Numbered from the stretch's first letter, positions 1 to 13,646 are shown. The stretch: DNA of 64,000 nt from Eledone cirrhosa (GCA_964016885.1 OZ024742.1:319052001-319116000); one strand, 5' to 3'. Made by a program: numbers and translations. Notes: generated from the letters alone by a model not told the origin.

Positions 1-159
1 GACTTTCTAACCCCCACCCCCACTCACAATACTCAAAGTATTGCTATTTTCTCAATGAAACTGCAGTACGGACATTATAGTAAGAAGGTAAAGATTGTTT
101 TCTTATCTTGTTTGCATTTCCCAGATATGATATTATATATATACATATATTTATTTATT

Positions 160-320
160 AAGTTTCAGAAGATCCCGTTAAGGGTGAAAGCAGCGATTCT
201 TTGCTTAAACTTTAATCTGTTATTTTAATAAATATTTGGTCTAGGGTTCTTATATATTTGATATATTTATCCTTATCGAGCCCTCTTTGGATTTTAGTCT
301 TCACATTTATTTTTATTACT
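160..320 (+). mobile_element. Penelope-type pLTR-derived repeat (family A) with hammerhead-like motif
   Basis: Matches 12395-12955 and 41372-41990; flanked by (TA)n; motif agttt-CAGAAGA-tcccgttaagggt-GAAA-gca...tgc-tt-aaact at 161-211. Confidence 0.6.
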
Positions 321-860
321 ACATATATATATATATATGTGTGTATGCACAAATGAGAGAAAGAAGTACACAATACATGTAGTTAAGTTTATTAATTTGT
401 TCAAAGATAAGATTCAGCTTTGAATAAATAAATAATACATGTGAAAGAGAGTGAGATAGAGTACACAATTTTTCTTCTGCTAATCAAAGACTTTGTAAGA
501 GATAAAGTTATATGAAGAACTTTCATATTGCATACATTTAAATAATAATACTGAAATGGAAAAGAAAACTGTAAAGTTAGTTTGCAAGACTGAAATCCAT
601 CATAGTAAATATGTAGATGTGTGTGATACAGATAAGGAGACAAATAACTGTATCCATGTGAGAGGAAAATGACAATGGTATTACTATTGACAGTAGATTG
701 GTGGTTAAATGTCAGATATATAATTAATGGGATTCTGTTTGGTGGTTTCATAAAACCCAAGCAGTCAGATCCCATCATTGTTCAGACAGGTGGGTGGATA
801 ATCACTGTATTATTATAGGTATAATATCTATGGCTCCCATATAACAGCTCATTATTATTA

Positions 861-924
<64 letters not shown>

Positions 925-926
<2 letters not shown>

Positions 927-1325
927 TAATAATCGTTTCTACTTTTGGCACAAGGCCAGCAATTTCCCCAGTGCATTACTGGTGCTTTATTTTATTGAAC
1001 CCGTAAGGATGAAAGGCAAAGTTAACCTCAGATTGTAAAGGAGCGTAACTATGCTGCAAAGCATGGCGTTCAACCCTCTACTGATACTGCCAATCCACTG
1101 CTCATTATTATTATTAATATTAAATATAATAATAATTGTTTCTACTTTAGGCACAAGGCCAGGAATTACCCAGTGCATTACTGGTACTTTTATTTTATCG
1201 ACCCCGTAAGGATGAAAGGCAAAGTCAACCTCGGCGGGATTTGAACTCAGATCGTAAAGGGACGTAACTATGCTGGAAAGCATGGCGTCCAACCCTCTAC
1301 CGATACTGCCAATCCACCGCCCTTT
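925..1325 (-). mobile_element. Two tandem tRNA-derived SINEs with Meta-like core
   Basis: Minus strand has B-box GAGTTCAAATCCC, core GACTTTGCCTTTCATCCTTACGGGGTCGATAAAATAAAGTACCAG and an (ATT)n tail; near-identical plus-strand copy at 50841-51035. Confidence 0.85.
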
Positions 1326-1341
1326 ATAATAATAATAATAA

Positions 1342-1560
1342 TGAGCAGGAACAAAATATCAATATTACAAGAATATGTTTATTCAAAATGTACATCACAT
1401 GTGAATAAACATATTGATGTCATATAGATATTTTGTTCCTGCTCCTTAAGGATACTGATAATGGTTAAGTACAAAACGTAGAATCCTACATCAGTAACCA
1501 GACCCACATATTAGCATCGAGTGCTCAAACTGGCGAATCATCAGTAACTAAACATTACAC
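1342..1560 (+). mobile_element. Fold-back mini-element with a degenerate hammerhead motif
   Basis: Inverted repeat gagcaggaacaaaatatc...gatattttgttcctgctc (1342-1444), followed by CTGATAA-tggttaagtac-AAAA-cgtagaatcctac-atc-agta (decayed CTGANGA/GAAA). Confidence 0.4.
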
Positions 1561-1667
1561 ACCAATATATATACACTATATATAATATATATATATCTTA
1601 TTTTTAAAAACCATAGGTGAAAGCATGGAAGACACACAAGCACAGTTCCCACTCATCGCCTGTCTTC

Positions 1668-1719
<52 letters not shown>

Positions 1720-1725
<6 letters not shown>

Positions 1726-1825
1726 CCCCCACAAAAAACGTATACACACTTTGATTACCTATACAGGCAATATTTATTAGAATGCTGTTGAAGAGTGTAT
1801 ATATTTTGGGGGGACACCCTGTATA
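1720..1825. mobile_element. Tc1/mariner-type MITE
   Basis: Imperfect terminal inverted repeats (ggtatcccccacaaaaaacgtatacacact / agtgtatatattttggggggacaccctg) within a TA context; related end near 18767. Confidence 0.5.
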
Positions 1826-2498
1826 TACAGACTGTAATTGATCATGCTGTCAACAGGTCAAGTCTTACTACTGCTATAGATTAGTTATCAACCTTCAGCA
1901 AGGCACATAACTCTGCTTGCTCCGGATTGCCTGACTGCCAGTAGATAAATAAAATTAAGTAGAGCATCCAGCTGTAAAAATAATTACTCAATAGGAGGGG
2001 ATTGGGGGAGTAATTAAGTTGGCATAAACTAAAAAGAATATGATCAAGATGCTTTGAGATATCTACATCGGTGCCTAACAACATTTCACAATACTTTCTC
2101 TTCTTTCATGTTTCTGGAGAGTTCATCATGCAGGAGGTTATATAAACTAGGTATTGCAACAATAATTAGATTAAAATAGCTCAACAATTTATCAAAATGA
2201 GGTCCAGGTATTATGTAGCTAATTGTAGCTGTGTATGCTCAAAACGTCAGTGCATACCACACATACATACATGTAAAATAAAGATTATTTGCCCTATGCT
2301 TAAGCTTCTAACATCTCGAAATGGTAGATACTTAACTGTAGTGCAAACAATCCTTTTAATAATATCTACACTCTACTTAAGTATTCTAAGTTAGATAACG
2401 GCCTTATTGGTCTTAACTTGAGAGAGAGGGAGAGAGAGGTGATTATTTTTGCATGAAAGTGATGCTCCAGCATGACCTTAGCCATGGTGGATAAAACC

Positions 2499-2541
<43 letters not shown>

Positions 2542-2639
2542 AACCAAAATTTCACATTTTCCTCATTCATTCATATACACACACACACACACACACCTAT
2601 ACATATATACACACAAATTTGTTTCTATAAACATCTTAC

Positions 2640-2724
2640 AGTGGATTAATTGAAAGAGTTAGTGCTCAGATGATGTTGGTACCATGTGTGCTGACATGAC
2701 TTTCATTGTATACTCTCACATTAT
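2640..2724 (-). other. Candidate non-coding exon of a minus-strand transcript
   Basis: Acceptor tttttgctttccatag and donor ACT|GTAAGA; stop codons in all three frames. Confidence 0.35.
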
Positions 2725-3344
2725 CTATGGAAAGCAAAAAATGTGATGCTAAAATTATTTACAATTTTATAATGAACTCTTGTATTTGAAGAAACAAAAG
2801 GAAAAATACATTATAGACATTTGTAAAACATGATGTATATGTAGGAAAAAAAACACCTGCATACATATGGCTATTATATATATAAATATATATATATATA
2901 TACATATATACACTCATACATATACACACACACACACATATATACATGTAATATATATAGATATGATTATAATATATATATAGATATATTATATGCATAT
3001 TATAGATATATACATATTATATGTATACGATACATAGAAATATATATATCAATGGAGAACAGCTTTTCATTCAGACATATTTCATTGAAAACATGACTTA
3101 TTTTTTTTTTCCTATAAAATATTTAAATTTTACATATTGGGAGCCTGTACAGAAATCCCCACTCAGAGGAAAGGTGTGTGTGGGGTTTGTGGGTGTGCTT
3201 GTTATTAACATTGTTCCCAATCACATGGTACTACAATCAAGCTGTCTAACTAAAAAAAATGACAGATGACACACATTGCCTCCACAAAATAGGTAACTGA
3301 ACCATAGACCTCTTATAGTAACTCTACAACAGGAGATAAAAAAA

Positions 3345-3935
3345 GAAGAATCGTTTAATTTTTGGCGTAAAGTTAACAATTTGAGGGGGAGCAGAAATTC
3401 AATTAAATCGCCTTTAGTATTTTGCTGGTACTGTTAATTTATTGACCCCAGGAGAGACGAAAGGCAAAGTTAACCTCAGCTATTTCTGAATACAAGTATG
3501 GCCAAGGTCAACTTTACCTTTCATAATTTCTACTTTAGGCACAAGGCCAGTAATTTTGGAGGAGGGTAAAGTCGATAAAACTGACTCCAGTACTTGACTG
3601 GTACTTTATTTTATCGACCCTGGGAGGATATAAGGCAAAGTTGACTATGGTGGAATTTGAACACAGAAAGTGAAGAGCCAAAACAAATACTGCTAAGAAT
3701 TTGTCCAATGCTTTAATGACTGCCAATCCACCACCCTTAATAATAATTATTTCTACTTTTGGCACAAGGCCAGTAATTACCCCAGTACATTACTGGTGCT
3801 TTATTTTATTGACACCATAAGGATGAAAGGCAAAGTTAATCTCTGTGAGATTTGAACTCAGAATGTAAAGGGTCATAACATGCTGCAAAGCATGGTGTCT
3901 GACGCTCTAATGATACTGCCAATGCACCACCCTAA
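3345..3935 (-). mobile_element. Cluster of three SINEs of the same family
   Basis: Repeated ggcacaaggccag...tttatcgaccc...aaggcaaagt...gatttgaactcaga motif. Confidence 0.8.
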
Positions 3936-5229
3936 ATAATAATGAACTGAACAAAACTATGTTTTCCATCAATATAAGAAAAACAAATACTTCTCAAAAA
4001 GAGAAATTAAAATGCAATAATGAAGAATGAGCAAAAATCAGCCTTTGTTTTGTTTGTTTTTTAACCATTGCTAACATTTTAGCTTACATTTGAATTGGAC
4101 TATCTTCCATGTGTGCATGTTTTCACATTTTTAACAAATGTAAACAGTAATAAAAAGTATAATTTTAAATGAAAAAACAATATTAACCGAAGTTAATATT
4201 CAAACTGTAATTTTAAGAAAATGAAAATATACACTATAAGGAGAATAGTTTAAAAAGAACTTTTTAAAAAACAGAAATATAGCAAATTTCCCATCAGTTT
4301 CATGTAAAGGTTTTTTTTTTTTGTTTTATACATACACGTTATATGAACATATATTACATATGTTACACACAGAAATGCACAAATATAGAGATATTACATG
4401 CATACAGAGAAAAATTAAAAGGTTTTTAAAAAGTTATTACGGTGAACCTTTTGTTGTTAAGGTCAGGTTACAGTAAAAACAAAGAAAATTCAAGAAAAAG
4501 GATCATGGAGCATAAGATTTTTTTTGTTGTATTTTTGGAAATTGGTAATATTGTAATTTACAGAAAACATCTGAGTAATCTTAATTAATGAGATTAGAAA
4601 GTAGAAATAAAAAAGAAAAGATATAAATCCACATTATCCAAATCTACAAACGTTACTTTGTAATAACAAATAAATTGATATTTTGTTTAATTTGTAATTT
4701 TGCTCCAGGTAAGTCTTGATCAAAGATGTTGCAGCATTGCCTATCCAGTCTTTTTACATATCCATGACTAGAATTATATTTCCCAATGTCATTCCTTTTA
4801 CTTGGTCACTATTTCAAGCAGATCAAGTGACCATGTAGAGGCTCCCCTCAAAAAATAATAATTTGTTTAATCAAGAGAATAATATATATTAAACAGATTA
4901 GCATGTTGCCAACATATCTAAAATAACCAACAGTGTTCTAAATGGCAAGTCAAAAACATCTTTGTCCTAAAAATGTACTTTGGGTGTATCTGTATAATTG
5001 TGTGAATATTTGGAAGTACTAGTGAGAAAAAAGTATTTAATACATTAACTAGATTTTATAAATCTAAGAGTAAACTTCAGTTTTAGATATATATATATAT
5101 ATATTCTGGTGACCTAAAATCAAGACTAGCATTACAGGATATTTGAGAAAAGAACTGAGGTATTCTTCAATCAAATGTAAAAATCATGAAAAATATGTTG
5201 ACAGAATAAAATATTTCTTTCTTTCAATT

Positions 5230-6650
5230 AAAAGCTGATTTCAGAGCTACAGTGTTAGTTGTACTAACTACTTCTGTCCTTCAATAATTACTGTCAGTAG
5301 GCCTGACTGTTTCTTGTCTTGGCATCTCAAAAAGCTCATTGGAGATTTTCTTCATGAAGTAGCAAAAAACTTTCTAGAAGCCTTGGCAAATTTTTTACAA
5401 TAGTACAGTGCTATGCAGAAAAATCCCTGAACTTGAGTGTTCCCCCATTGCTAACATGTTTGGCCAGGAAACTATAAGACTAGATTGCCAAATCAAATAG
5501 GAGCCAACATGACCATAGGAATAGAAGTGGCATCCTCACTCTCTAAGAAGATATACAAACCCCCAAAGTAACAAAGAAAATGTTATCATGAAAAGCGACA
5601 TACAAAACATCCTTTTGATATAGAAGAGATATTCTGGAGCAAGTCCTAAAAAGATACTCATGCTTTAACTCAAATATTCTTAAATTATTATTCTTATCTT
5701 AACTAAGCTTTGGAAAAGATCCTCAAAATTAAATTGTTGGAGAAAACTTCAGCTGAAAGTTAATTACCTACCCTATATGGTAATCTTGGATTCAAACCTA
5801 CAACATGTATTTTGGCTAATTTTTGTCACAAGTAAACGTCATATTTCACACACGAACATCCTTCCAGATTATTTCCTATTTACAAATACCTATTCTGTGT
5901 GGTCATTGTAAATGGCAATGTAGCTTTTCCTACACAACCCACACCACAAAAACCTTTGGGCTTTCTCTCCTTTGAAAATTTAAATTTACCAACCTCCCTT
6001 AGTTACTGACGTCTTTGGAATAGGATAGATCCAGTCTCAGTGGAGCACTTGGATTGATTGAATGCAATTCTAATCTTCTTAAAGATGGCCCAAATTCAGC
6101 TCATGATCATATTTTCTCCATTTTGGTTTCCTTTTATGCTACCTTCACATTTACTTCAAATGCAGAACTCAGAATGGTATCCAATAAGCACTGGCAGACA
6201 CCCACAACATTCTCAAATGAATGACCTTAAAAAGAACCTGCTTCTCCACAAACCTGCCTTCCATTTGCAAACTAAAAAGTGTATAAAAAACTAATGAGAA
6301 ATGCTTAGATGGCACACCTTGTGAGAGACTTCACTATTTGTTAAAACATCCTCAGCTCCACATATCTGGCTACTTCCTCAATATTTCCTGGGAAGACAAC
6401 AGGCAACACATAAATTAATAAAATATCCCAACTTAAACACAAAATACAAGTTATTCTCAGTATGCATTGGAAAAAATGGGACCATGGTCTAATATTCATC
6501 AAGGAAGAAGTTAGCAAAATTCAAGGCAAAACAAGTGAGCCACAAGTTATTTCATATTTATTTCAAATCATCAGTACAGCAGTCACCTGCAGCAACGCTG
6601 GCAGTGTGATGAGAACGAGAACTATAGAGAAACACAAAAAGTAAGAGGAT
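5230..6650 (+). mobile_element. Highly degenerate CRE-like non-LTR retrotransposon (restriction-like endonuclease clade)
   Basis: Collinear decayed motifs: SRPDCFLSWHLKKLIG (about GGPDGLxPQHLKDL), VEHLD*LNAILI (SDWLNAIP), GRHPQHSQMNDL (GRHPRHxxxND), LVRDFT (LVWDFT), KLIKYPNL, SYLFQIISTAVTCSNAGSVM (FLFQRLSxAIQRGNAASV). Confidence 0.65.
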
Positions 6651-6714
6651 ATATTTTATCTATAGATATGTATTTAGTCATTTGTTCATTAGAAACTTAC
6701 AACATACATGATGA

Positions 6715-7105
6715 TAATATTAAGTTCTAAAATTGGTAAATAGCCTCACATTTATAGAGGATAGGTACAGTCAATGAAATCGATCTCAGTATTTCACAAG
6801 CACTTATTTTATCAAGTTCAAAGGGATGAGAAGCAAAGGTGACCCATTGAAATTAGAGCATAAAAGGACAACTAAATACTACTACAAAACAACACCTACA
6901 ATGCAACAATAATTATTTCTAACGGGAGTACAAAGCTGGAACTTTTTGTTGGGTGGGTGTCAGTTAAATCAGCCCCAATACTTAACTAGTACTTTATTGA
7001 CCCCAGAAAAATGACAAAGTTGACCTCAGCGGGATTTGAACTCAGAACATAAAAATATTTTTTCCGATGTTATAATGATTTTGCTAATCCACTGCCCTAC
7101 CAATT
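6715..7105 (-). mobile_element. Two diverged SINE copies
   Basis: Same core as 925-1325 (aaagttgacctcagcgggatttgaactcaga). Confidence 0.7.
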
Positions 7106-7738
7106 ACAATAGTAATAAACAATTACATTTTAAAGATTGTTACAATGTTGCATGCATCCAAACCATACATAATTTAATATCATCTGATATTAATAGTTGT
7201 CTGAATGTAAAAAAAAAATAAAAAAAAAAAAAAAAGAGTTCGACATCATTATTTTCAAGCAACTGGAGGTGTGATGTCATAGATGAGTTCATAAATGATA
7301 TGTAACCAGTTTTAAAAATTCAAAGAGCTGAAAGCAATTTTACAAGCCAAAAACATTTTTACATAAAAAAAAATTTTTTTAAATGTTTCTTAGTTTTAGA
7401 GATAGACTGATATATATACACATTACACATAAATTAAAAGTCTAAACTAATTTTAAAACAATCTTCTATCATCTACATTTTTTCATCATTTCCCCTCCTC
7501 CATACTGCCAGAAGTTCAACTGGTTGATGCATCTCTACTTTATTTTGCTCTTAGTCATTTCCTTCAGTCAGTCATTCATGAGACAGTTTTCTTCACTCAG
7601 ATTTAAAGCACCCTGTTCTAAATCTGCCATGACCTAACCTCTGCTCTCATTTACCAACCTGCATACTTTAGACAAGGAAACAATTATAGCTCCAGTTGAC
7701 TACACTTACATCCACCACCGTCTCACAATATTTCTTAC

Positions 7739-7833
7739 CTTGACATTTAGCCTCATTTGTTCAGTAACCGTTAATGGCAACACTGACCCACAACAGTTAG
7801 AATAAACCATATATAAATGCTGGCCAGAAATCA
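7739..7833 (-). other. Candidate exon of a minus-strand spliced transcript
   Basis: Strong acceptor ttttattttttctcag and donor AAG|GTAAGA. One open frame, ISGQHLYMVYSNCCGSVLPLTVTEQMRLNVK, with no recognised homology. Confidence 0.45.
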
Positions 7834-9701
7834 CTGAGAAAAAATAAAATCCAATCCAATTAACATACTACCAATATAGGCTTATAGATTTAAGAGATGG
7901 AATGAGATGTGGCTAGATTATATGAGCAGTATATCCCTAGAGCACCACACATGTCCAGAAACATTCATCATTGTTGAGGACTTAATTTACTGCTCTAGTC
8001 TTAAGATTTATTTAACTCCATGTGGAACAATATAAACAGACATGAAATGTAATGAGTGTATTTGTAGTATCAACAGCCTAAATCCCAAAATATTTCTTGA
8101 AAAAGAATTCAATCTTTAAAAAAAGCAACACTTCTTTTTTATTTAAAACTGAAACTGGATGGATAAAATATGACATTATATATTTTGACTGTTGGTATAC
8201 ATTTTTCTTTTCATGAAAACATAATTCAGAAATTCAAGGTTTTTTTCCAAATCTATGCTAAACAAGTAAGACAAATTTTTGAAGCAAAAATATCGTTTTC
8301 ATATCTGAACGTTTTTTTTCTTCTTTTTTTTTCCAAAAAAAAAGAAAAGAAAAGTTGAATTGATAAGTAAATTCATTCATAGAGAATAAAATGTAGAGTA
8401 ATTTCCACATCTATCTCCTCTCATTTAAGATTTATACATGCACCTTAATATGTAATTACTTTTAGATTTGATTAACAAGATAGACAAACAATCTGCCTTA
8501 GTTACATTCTGTAGTGTGAAAACATTTCAACATTACTGCCAAAATAAAAGTAAATAAAAACAAAATATATAAATTTTGACTATGGCAAGTATGCCTAATA
8601 TAGGTTTAAACATTCAAGTTATACAAATATTTCAAAAATTGAATAGATATGGAGTATTGAATATAAGCCAAAGATATTAGCAGAGAGGAGAAATTAAAAG
8701 ATGTAATTTTGCAAGCATTTCCAAAGGTAACATAACTGAAAAACTAGAAAATAAAAATGGATTACTAACTTGATTAGAAACCATTAATTGCAATCTAATA
8801 ATTCAACTATGTAAATAGATTTATGTATAATGTTAAGGGTTAAAATGTAATGATAGAGTGGATATAGTACAGACATGCAAAGCAGTTCAGGAGTCTGAAG
8901 TTCAAATTCACTACAGAAATATTGAACAAGAGACTTAAATTTTTACCTGCGCCATTTCACCTTGCTATCAGGAAAAAGTAAAACATTTCGTGGTTACATT
9001 CTTAGGCTTCATTCCAACTTGGAAAATACAGTAGATAACTGGAATAGGATTTCTGGAAATTATCTTTAACTTAACAACATGTATTTTACTATAACACTAA
9101 ATAACACTAAGATACACATAATGCCACACCAGAAATAGGACACTTTAGTTAGGAATATGGAACTAGTCTGTTGTTTACTCTGTTATTGAAGAATTCTTTA
9201 GTAAAAATATTATTACAATTAATAAGAGATTGTTTTGTTTTTATAGAAGGGCCATTAAGAAATCTTAAGATTGAGTAAGAGAGTGTTGATTTAGAAAGAT
9301 TGTGCCTTTCTATAAGAAGCAAAAATGTGAAATAAAAAAATTGTAGTAAAATACAGACAGTTATGTGTGGCATGTCACCAAACATACCCAACAGTTTTAT
9401 AGATCTCATGTCAAAAGGTCATTAATATTTTAGGCAAAGACATTTCAGATGGAAAGGAATTACCCAGGCATTTCTGAACCAAAGATTATCAATGAAAATA
9501 AATGTTTGTTGGATATTTTCATAGAATTTGATAAATGTTGAAAGAAAAAATAAGTCCATATATATTGCACATGTACAGCAATTTTTTTTTTCAAGAGAGC
9601 CCTATAACCAGAATGTTGTTATTTCAGCTACTAACAGATGAACCATATATTATTTTCATTTCAAACAAAGTTTTTTTCTAATCATGCACTTAAAGAGAAA
9701 A

Positions 9702-9733
<32 letters not shown>

Positions 9734-10524
9734 TAGTCATATGTCTAATTAGAGAACTGTGTATTTAATTTGGTATATATGAATATTCCAATTCTTGATG
9801 TAGATTTCATCATTACCTTGACAGAAGAGAGCTTTGAGAATCTTAAGACATTTTTTCAACCCTTTCAGGACCAGAGCATTCAGCAGTAACCAATATTACA
9901 TAGATTGTAAAAATCACTTGAAATAGCTAGCTCGATTTCCAAAATCTCTTTATGCTTTTTTCATTTCAAGGTTTGTAGCGAAGCCAACATGGTTATCCGT
10001 GTGTAGTAGCCATTAAAAGAAGTTTCCAGTAATTGTACGCTTAAAAAACACTGATAGGAAATATCCAAATGTTCATATTAGTAACAGTTTTTCCCCCAAT
10101 CTGTGGAATATAAACTTTTGTAAAAGTTTTTATACCAACATTGTTTATGGATTGTTTATATTTTAATTTGAGAAGAAAAAAAAAAAAACAATTATGAAAA
10201 TGTCATATAGATCAAACAAACATATTATATGAAAAACATATTCAAGACACTGAACAACAATAATAACAAACTGATATAGATAACAAATTAAAGTAGAAAT
10301 TAAATATTGAAAAAGGCCACGTCAGTATAATATGACTGACTACCAAAATTCTTCATAGGATACAGAGAACTTAGATATTCATAAGTACACTTTAAAGCTC
10401 TACCCTGACTTATTGCAAATTTTTTATTGAGAATGATTGTTATAGCCTTGAGAAAAGTTGAGGAAGAAAAGAGAGAAATAAGGAGAAGTGATGAAACTGA
10501 TTGATTATATATATATATATTATA

Positions 10525-10691
10525 TAACGAAGGAAGTGTGGTAAGGAACCAGGTGGACCATAACGCACGAGAGTACTCGATACTTTGGGTAGTAGAGTGG
10601 GTAATAGGAAAATGTTCAGGACCCCGACGGCAGAGCTCAAGCCGTTTCGACGGTTTGAGCTCTGCCGTTGGGGTCCTGAACCTTTTCCTAT
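10525..10691 (-). mobile_element. Fold-back mini-element in (TA)n carrying the 3' half of a hammerhead
   Basis: About 42-bp inverted arms around a ttcg loop (10603-10691). Minus strand reads GAAA-CGGC-ttgagctct-GCCG-TC-ggggt. Related fragment at 12975-13030. Confidence 0.55.
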
Positions 10692-11603
10692 ATACATATA
10701 TATTTTTTTTTTAAACAAGTTGTTTTTGCTTTTTATTCATTAAAAAAAAATCTATGGTATATATTTAGAATTATTTAAAAATTGCACACTAGAATACAAT
10801 TAATAAATAAGTAATTAGGCAACAAAGAAAAAAATGGATGTTTACAATATGACAGAAAAGGGTAATAAATAGCTTTGATCATAGCTGACTAACTTTTATA
10901 ATTAATTTCTACCATGCAAAATTATAAAGCACTAGAGACTAACATTATTAATTGTAGAACAAATTTGGAATAGAAATTATCAGAGGATTATATTAGCATT
11001 GCTAGCTAATATGAAACTGGATCCTATCAAGTTCAACCATTGCTACTTTTGACACCATTGCTTTGAAAATTATTCTTAAGATTTACCAATAATTGAGAAA
11101 AGCTGAACACACAGTGTTACTAACAGACCATAACACAAAGGATGCGGTAGAAATTATCTCCGTGGATAATTTCTATTTTTCATGTGATACAAGCACCACC
11201 ATCCACAAACTTTGCAGATGAAATGTCCAGCTAAATATTAATGGATGGACTCTAATACAAACTGTACACTTTCAAACTAAACTTCTATAACATGTTCTCA
11301 AATTAGTAATGGAATTGCATGAAAGATAGAACGGCTTGTTAAACCTATACACTTTAAAGAGTTAAGTGCATATCCAAATAATGAATAATATTTTCTCAGT
11401 ATGAAATGAATAGGAATTAATTTTAAAGATATTTTGGGAGTTTCTTCAAATCTACATTTATAGGAATATGTATTTACTAGAGCATCAACACAGCATGGGT
11501 TATGAATAGATAAATATATGGAGTCATATCTGTATGTATTTAGTTTCGCTAAATTGGTCCAGTAGTGGACTATGTAACATTTCAGGTCTGGTCTTTCACA
11601 CAC

Positions 11604-11641
<38 letters not shown>

Positions 11642-11669
11642 CACGTGTGTGTGTGTATATATATATACA

Positions 11670-12056
11670 TAGGTTGTGTTCATAGTTACAAATCATCAGC
11701 TTCAAAACGTTCCGGGATTGCTGACGAAAGGGGTCTTGTTCCATCAATGACAATAACAATTCGTTACGATGGATTCCAATACACCCTTCATCTACCATGC
11801 ACACCAGACCTTGCACCCTCCAACTTCCACCTGTTCCTAAAAATGAACAAGGTTATGGTTGGACAACACTATGCTACAGATGCTGTGGAAACCTACCTGG
11901 AGGACCAAACTAAGGAGGTCTACTTTAGCGGGATCCAGGCACTTCAGCACGGAGAGAAGTGTGTGGACTATGAGAGACTATGTGGGAAAATAAAACAAGA
12001 AAATATTTGTATATGCTACCATTTCTTGGAACTCAAACTTTTCAGTTGCCCTTCAT
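11670..12056 (+). mobile_element. Mariner transposase C-terminal remnant
   Basis: LHLPCTPDLAPSNFHLFLKM (YSPDLAPSDFHLF motif) and YFSGIQALQH..EKCV; flanked by TA repeats. Confidence 0.8.
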
Positions 12057-12059
12057 GTA

Positions 12060-12388
12060 TGTATATCTATATATCTATATCTATATATATATATATATCT
12101 ATATCTATATATCTATATATCTAGATCTATATATATATCTATATATCTAGATCTATATATATATATCTATATATATATCTATATATCTATATCTATATAT
12201 ATCTATATATCTATATCTATATATATCTATATATCTATATCTATATATATCTCTATATATATATATATATATCTATATATATATATCTATATATATATAT
12301 CTATATATATATCTATATCTATATATATATATATATATCTATATATCTCTATATCTATATCTATATATCTATATATCTCTATATCTAG
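12060..12388. repeat. (TA)n/(TATC)n compound microsatellite
   Basis: Seen directly in the sequence. Confidence 0.95.
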
Positions 12389-12389
12389 T

Positions 12390-12955
12390 AATAATAATAA
12401 ATTTGAAGACTAAAATCCAAAGATGGCTCGATAAGGAAAATATATGTCAAATATATAAGAACCATAGAGCAAATATTTATTAAATAACAGTTTAAAGTTT
12501 AAGCAAAGAATCGCTGCTTTCACCCTTAACAGGATCTTCTGAAACTAACAAAGTCAATCTGTAAACGCAGAACTGGATATTTCAAAAAATGTTGCAACCG
12601 GAGGAAGACAAGAAGGCGATACTTTGGTTCGTGGAAACGTTCGCTGGCAAAGAACGGGAAAAAATGAATAATACGTCATTAATAGGAGCGGTGAAAAACA
12701 ATTACGCGCAAAGACAGAACCACGTTTATGGTATAAAAGAGGTCGTAGACTAATGTTCTCTTAGGTGGTGCATAGAGACGTTCTCTGGCAATGAACGAAA
12801 AAACGAAGATGGAGCGTGGAGAACAATAGCACGCAAAGACAAAACCACGTAAATGGTATAGCAGAAGTCATTGACTTTGTTAGTTTCAGAAGATCCCGTT
12901 AAGGGTGAAAGCAGCGATTCTTTGCTTAAACTTTAATCTGTTATTTAATAAATAT
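12390..12955 (-). mobile_element. Family A pLTR-like element with inverted terminal duplication
   Basis: 12470-12565 is inverted at 12871-12955. Hammerhead-like motifs at 12496-12546 (-) and 12882-12932 (+). Internal repeats of about 130-140 bp. Confidence 0.65.
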
Positions 12956-13049
12956 CTCTATATCTATATATCTATTAGCCGTCGAAACGGCTTGAGCTCA
13001 GCCGTCGGGGTGTTACTGGTTCCTATTATATCTATATATACATATATCT

Positions 13050-13354
13050 ATATAAAGTAATTCCGTCGGAAAAGTCCAGGAAAAAAGGGTGCTCTATGTA
13101 GGTAACAGAGCTTAATAGTTATGTAATAAACAACATAAGGCAATTAATCCATTTACCAGTGGTTTCTTAAAAGCAAAAAATGTTGCTTTCAATCATCAGA
13201 ATGAAAAAATCCTGGTCTATTTATTGAATTGGATGCACAATTCAATAAATAGACCAGGATTTTTTCATTCTGATGATTGAAAGCAACATTTTTTGCTTTT
13301 AAGAAACCACTGGTAAATGGATTAATTGCCTTATGTTGTTTATTACGTAACTAT
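13050..13354. mobile_element. Fold-back mini-element with about 115-bp near-perfect inverted arms
   Basis: Arms 13116-13231 and 13238-13354 with loop gatgca; contains CTGATGA-tt-GAAA-gcaa...ttgc-tt. Confidence 0.7.
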
Positions 13355-13597
13355 ATATATATATCTATATCAATCTCTCTCTATATATATCTATATATAT
13401 CTATATATATATATCTTTATCTATCTATATCTATATCTATATATATATCTTTATCTATATCTATCTATATCTATCTATATCTATCTATATGTATCTATAT
13501 CTATATATCGATATATATATATATATCTATATTTATATATATCTATATTTATATATATCTATATTTATATATATCTATATCTATATATATATATCTA

Positions 13598-13646
<49 letters not shown>

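Noticed and set aside
762-810. Minus-strand C/D-box-like arrangement (GTGATTA...CTGA...ATGATGG...CTGA with cag/ctg ends)
   Set aside because: Only about 41 nt from C to D box, imperfect boxes and no recognisable rRNA or snRNA complement; likely chance.
11148-11175. 11-bp perfect hairpin tagaaattatc/gataatttcta
   Set aside because: Too short and AT-rich to support a miRNA or element call.
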